Shown here: positions 61,466-64,000 of the stretch, piece after piece | Numbering within the stretch: position 1 is the first letter of the stretch | How the letters are laid out: the number at the start of each line of letters is the position of its first letter | Assembly: GCA_043228905.1 (NCBI GenBank) | Contig: JBHGNT010000001.1 | Location: 8,308,001 to 8,372,000 of the forward strand | DNA length: 64,000 nt | Direction: 5' to 3' | From: Azolla caroliniana | Lineage: Eukaryota > Plantae > Polypodiophyta | Position numbers and translations under genes: made by a program | Notes under the pieces: generated by a model | The model's input: only the letters and a program-made list of their open reading frames with translations | Database searches by the model: none | What the model was told of the DNA's origin: nothing

Positions 61466-62650
61466 ACGTTCCTCGCAAATCCTCTTCATATCTGTCGTTT
61501 GCTCTATGCCCGACCTTAGTTTATAGGTAGGCATAGTTCTTGTCTTCCAAACGGGGTCTTCGACACCAATCTTCACGAGCCGTACCATTTCTTCGACTCG
61601 TTTGCTTGACTCTTCTTTCCGGTTTGAGTCTCCATCCTCCGTTCGTAACGCTCGACTCGTTTCTGCATCTTCTTTCTTTTTCGCGTTCCTTGTTTCATGT
61701 CTTTTTGATGGGCCTTGCTCTTCTATTCTTTTTCTCTTTTCTTCGACGAACACCTCGTGGTTGTCGCACATCACTTTCGCGAGTATGGTGTTGTCATCCA
61801 CAGGATCCGACCATCCGTTTATGTTTTGCACAGTTCGGTCTACAAGCTCTACCTCGTTCGGAGTTACCTTTCCCTTGTTTTCATACTCGAGAACGGTAGA
61901 CCAAAAAATTTCTCCCGCTTTCACAGCTTCAGTTTTGTCTTTCCCAATTCTTATTCCGGCCAACACAACATAGTGCATCGCATCCACATGAGTCGCCTCG
62001 GCATCCTCCATAGCTTTCTTCATTCCCCCTGTTCCGAAATTTACCCGCAAGGGTCTTCTAGTCTCACTCGAGTAGATCATGTTACCATCCATGTATACGA
62101 TATTTTGTCAAATGGCATCTCGAAGGCTCGAACAATCTCTTCTCGTGTGGTCCATGCTATCGCACCACACGCATCTAAAGGGTTCGTTTCCTTTGGGCCC
62201 TCAACGATTCAAGTTGGCTAGCATGATCGTCTCGAACTTCTTTGCTAGTTCTTTGATGATGTCGTCGTCAATCTCGTCTATCCTTCATGTCCACGACTTT
62301 CAAGAAGTATAAAGTCTTGTCCTCCTAAAGCAATACTTGGTTTGTATTGGGGAGAAAACTAAACATCTGGTTGAATTCGCCGTACACCCGTGAGGCGCTC
62401 ATCTTCTTATTCTTCTTCTCTATCCACTTCATCAGGGCATGTCGAGTCATCCTCGTCGAGTCTTCCATCGTGAACTCCATTAATATCGCTTTCTCAAACT
62501 CGTAACATGTAGTCTTACCTTCTTAAATATCAATGACACGTCTTTGGATGTTGTTGGCGACCACTCACTTGAAACTTGTGATTTTCCGCGCTTCAGACAC
62601 ATCCCTTTGATTCATCTCCCTTTTGTATGCGTCAAGGAACTTTGTAATGT

Positions 62651-64000
62651 TATCGTGTAGTTCCGCTCACGCGGGAGAAACTAAGGCGGGACCGCGGGGG
62701 TCTTGGACCGAGGGGTTTAAGAGATCAAAAGGGAGAGAGAGCGATACGCGAGCGTATCGCCGGCTAGGCCTGCTCGTTGCCGACAGTGTTACTAGCCGAA
62801 TAGGACCTGAACGGGTATAGTCTCCGAACCTGATACACGCTCACCGGACAAGGTAGAGGGAACTCACGAGAACACAAGAGAGAGAAAACAGAAGTTTGAA
62901 TTCAATAACTAGCAATGTTACAATGTATGCAAGATTACAACCGGCAACAGATCCAACACAGAGAACCCACGCACACACACGCAACACAAAGAACGCACGA
63001 TGGAGCCTCTGCTAGAAGCATGCGGGCTTACACGCATCAGAGGCAACCGACCCAGAAACAAAGTGGAGAGCAACGATAGAGGAGGAGAGAGCTCGATACA
63101 CAGTCCGACAGCACCTCGTCCTCGCCAAAACACGATTCTTTCTTCTTCTTCTCCCGCCCTTTTATAGGTCGCCGAGGAGGCCGTTACATCAAAACACGTC
63201 AACTTTATTCTCTGTCCCCTCGGACAAAGATACGCATCGATTTCCTAGCTAATAAATATGTCATACCTAGTATATTTACATCAACGTCCTATTCCTAGTC
63301 ATGTACAATGTATCAATTCACACACACTCGTGCAAGGGTGGGTTCACGCCTTTAATTCCTTGATTCCTTTTAGGAACGGTTTTCTTCATGACATCCATCC
63401 CCACCAAACCGCGCATCCACTGATATGCGCCAGACACTAACAATTGCTGGAGAAGACCGGCCCGTAATCATCCGTCACTTCCCGAATCCTGGTCTGCTCC
63501 GAACCGGTCGTCGTCATCGGTCATGCTTCCCGGGTCCGGCTCGTCCTCATGTTGCTTCTTGAACGCCTTGATCCGCTTCCCGACCTGTCCATCGCACGCG
63601 CGTACCAGTGCCTTCACGATCGGCCCGTTCCGCGTTCTACCTTCTTGTTGGCCTCCGGATTGTATGTTGTGGTTAGAGAGAGCTTGACCCCTAGCCAGTC
63701 GAACAACTCCCCAGCTTCTTGCACGTTCAGCTCTCCTCGGTCCGCCATGATCTTCCCTACGCACCCGTACCAGCATACTACCTCTTCGATCAGAAACCGG
63801 CACGCTGCCGAAGTCGTCTTGTTCTGCAGTGTGCGGCCCTCCACCTGGTTCGTCAAGTCCTCCCGCGCAAGCACCAGGTACCGCATCTGCCCTTCCCCCA
63901 TCGACATTGTCACTAAGTCTACCATCCACTTGAAATGGACAGTTGGCAGGTAGGTCGGGTGTAGCTCATCTCGATGTCGGACTGTGGAGTGCAGCTAACA
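62651..64000 (-). mobile_element. Gypsy element G: 3' LTR 62651-63393, PPT and internally deleted integrase; continues beyond the window
   Basis: cttcatgaca|tccatccccacc junction; VHFKWMVDLV, KIMADRGE; deletion joins GQVG to KRIKAFKK. Confidence 0.88.

Larger units (their letters stand above)
52216..62650 (-). mobile_element. Decayed Gypsy element F (same lineage as A and B), 3' LTR 52216-53333, carrying four nested LTR insertions; 5' end cut by element G
   Basis: gag with CVWCDSMDHTRRDC (~62180), protease ALIDHGSEINLM (60533-60880), RT 57549-58409, RNase H and integrase pieces down to the PPT at 53334. Confidence 0.88.

Overview
Plant nuclear DNA, probably from a non-seed plant such as a fern (inferred from the PPR style and a Tcn1-like chromovirus; not provable here). 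The first ~21 kb holds three host genes: an intronless RING-H2 ATL E3 ligase (5238-6011, -), an intronless PLS-class PPR protein with E1 and a truncated or frameshifted E2 (8509-10491, +), and a two-exon two-pore K+ channel TPK (16641-15200 plus 12566-12404, -; exon 2 is not in the ORF track). From 21.5 kb on, the window is a dense nest of LTR retrotransposons: a full-length chromovirus, a full-length Copia, at least five members of a tRNA-Trp-primed non-chromoviral Gypsy lineage, several solo LTRs, a LINE fragment and a hAT-type non-autonomous element. The most notable signals are four. (1) The Trp-primed Gypsy lineage makes 4-bp target duplications centred on CpG (ACGT/ACGG). (2) It keeps a -1 frameshift hairpin between protease and RT, and a hairpin just before the PPT, across diverged subfamilies. 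(3) The chromovirus has no tRNA PBS but has the geometry of self-priming, plus a clear -1 frameshift cassette. (4) The PPR gene hides a frameshifted E2/PG-box-like remainder. All alignments were done by eye; no searches were run.
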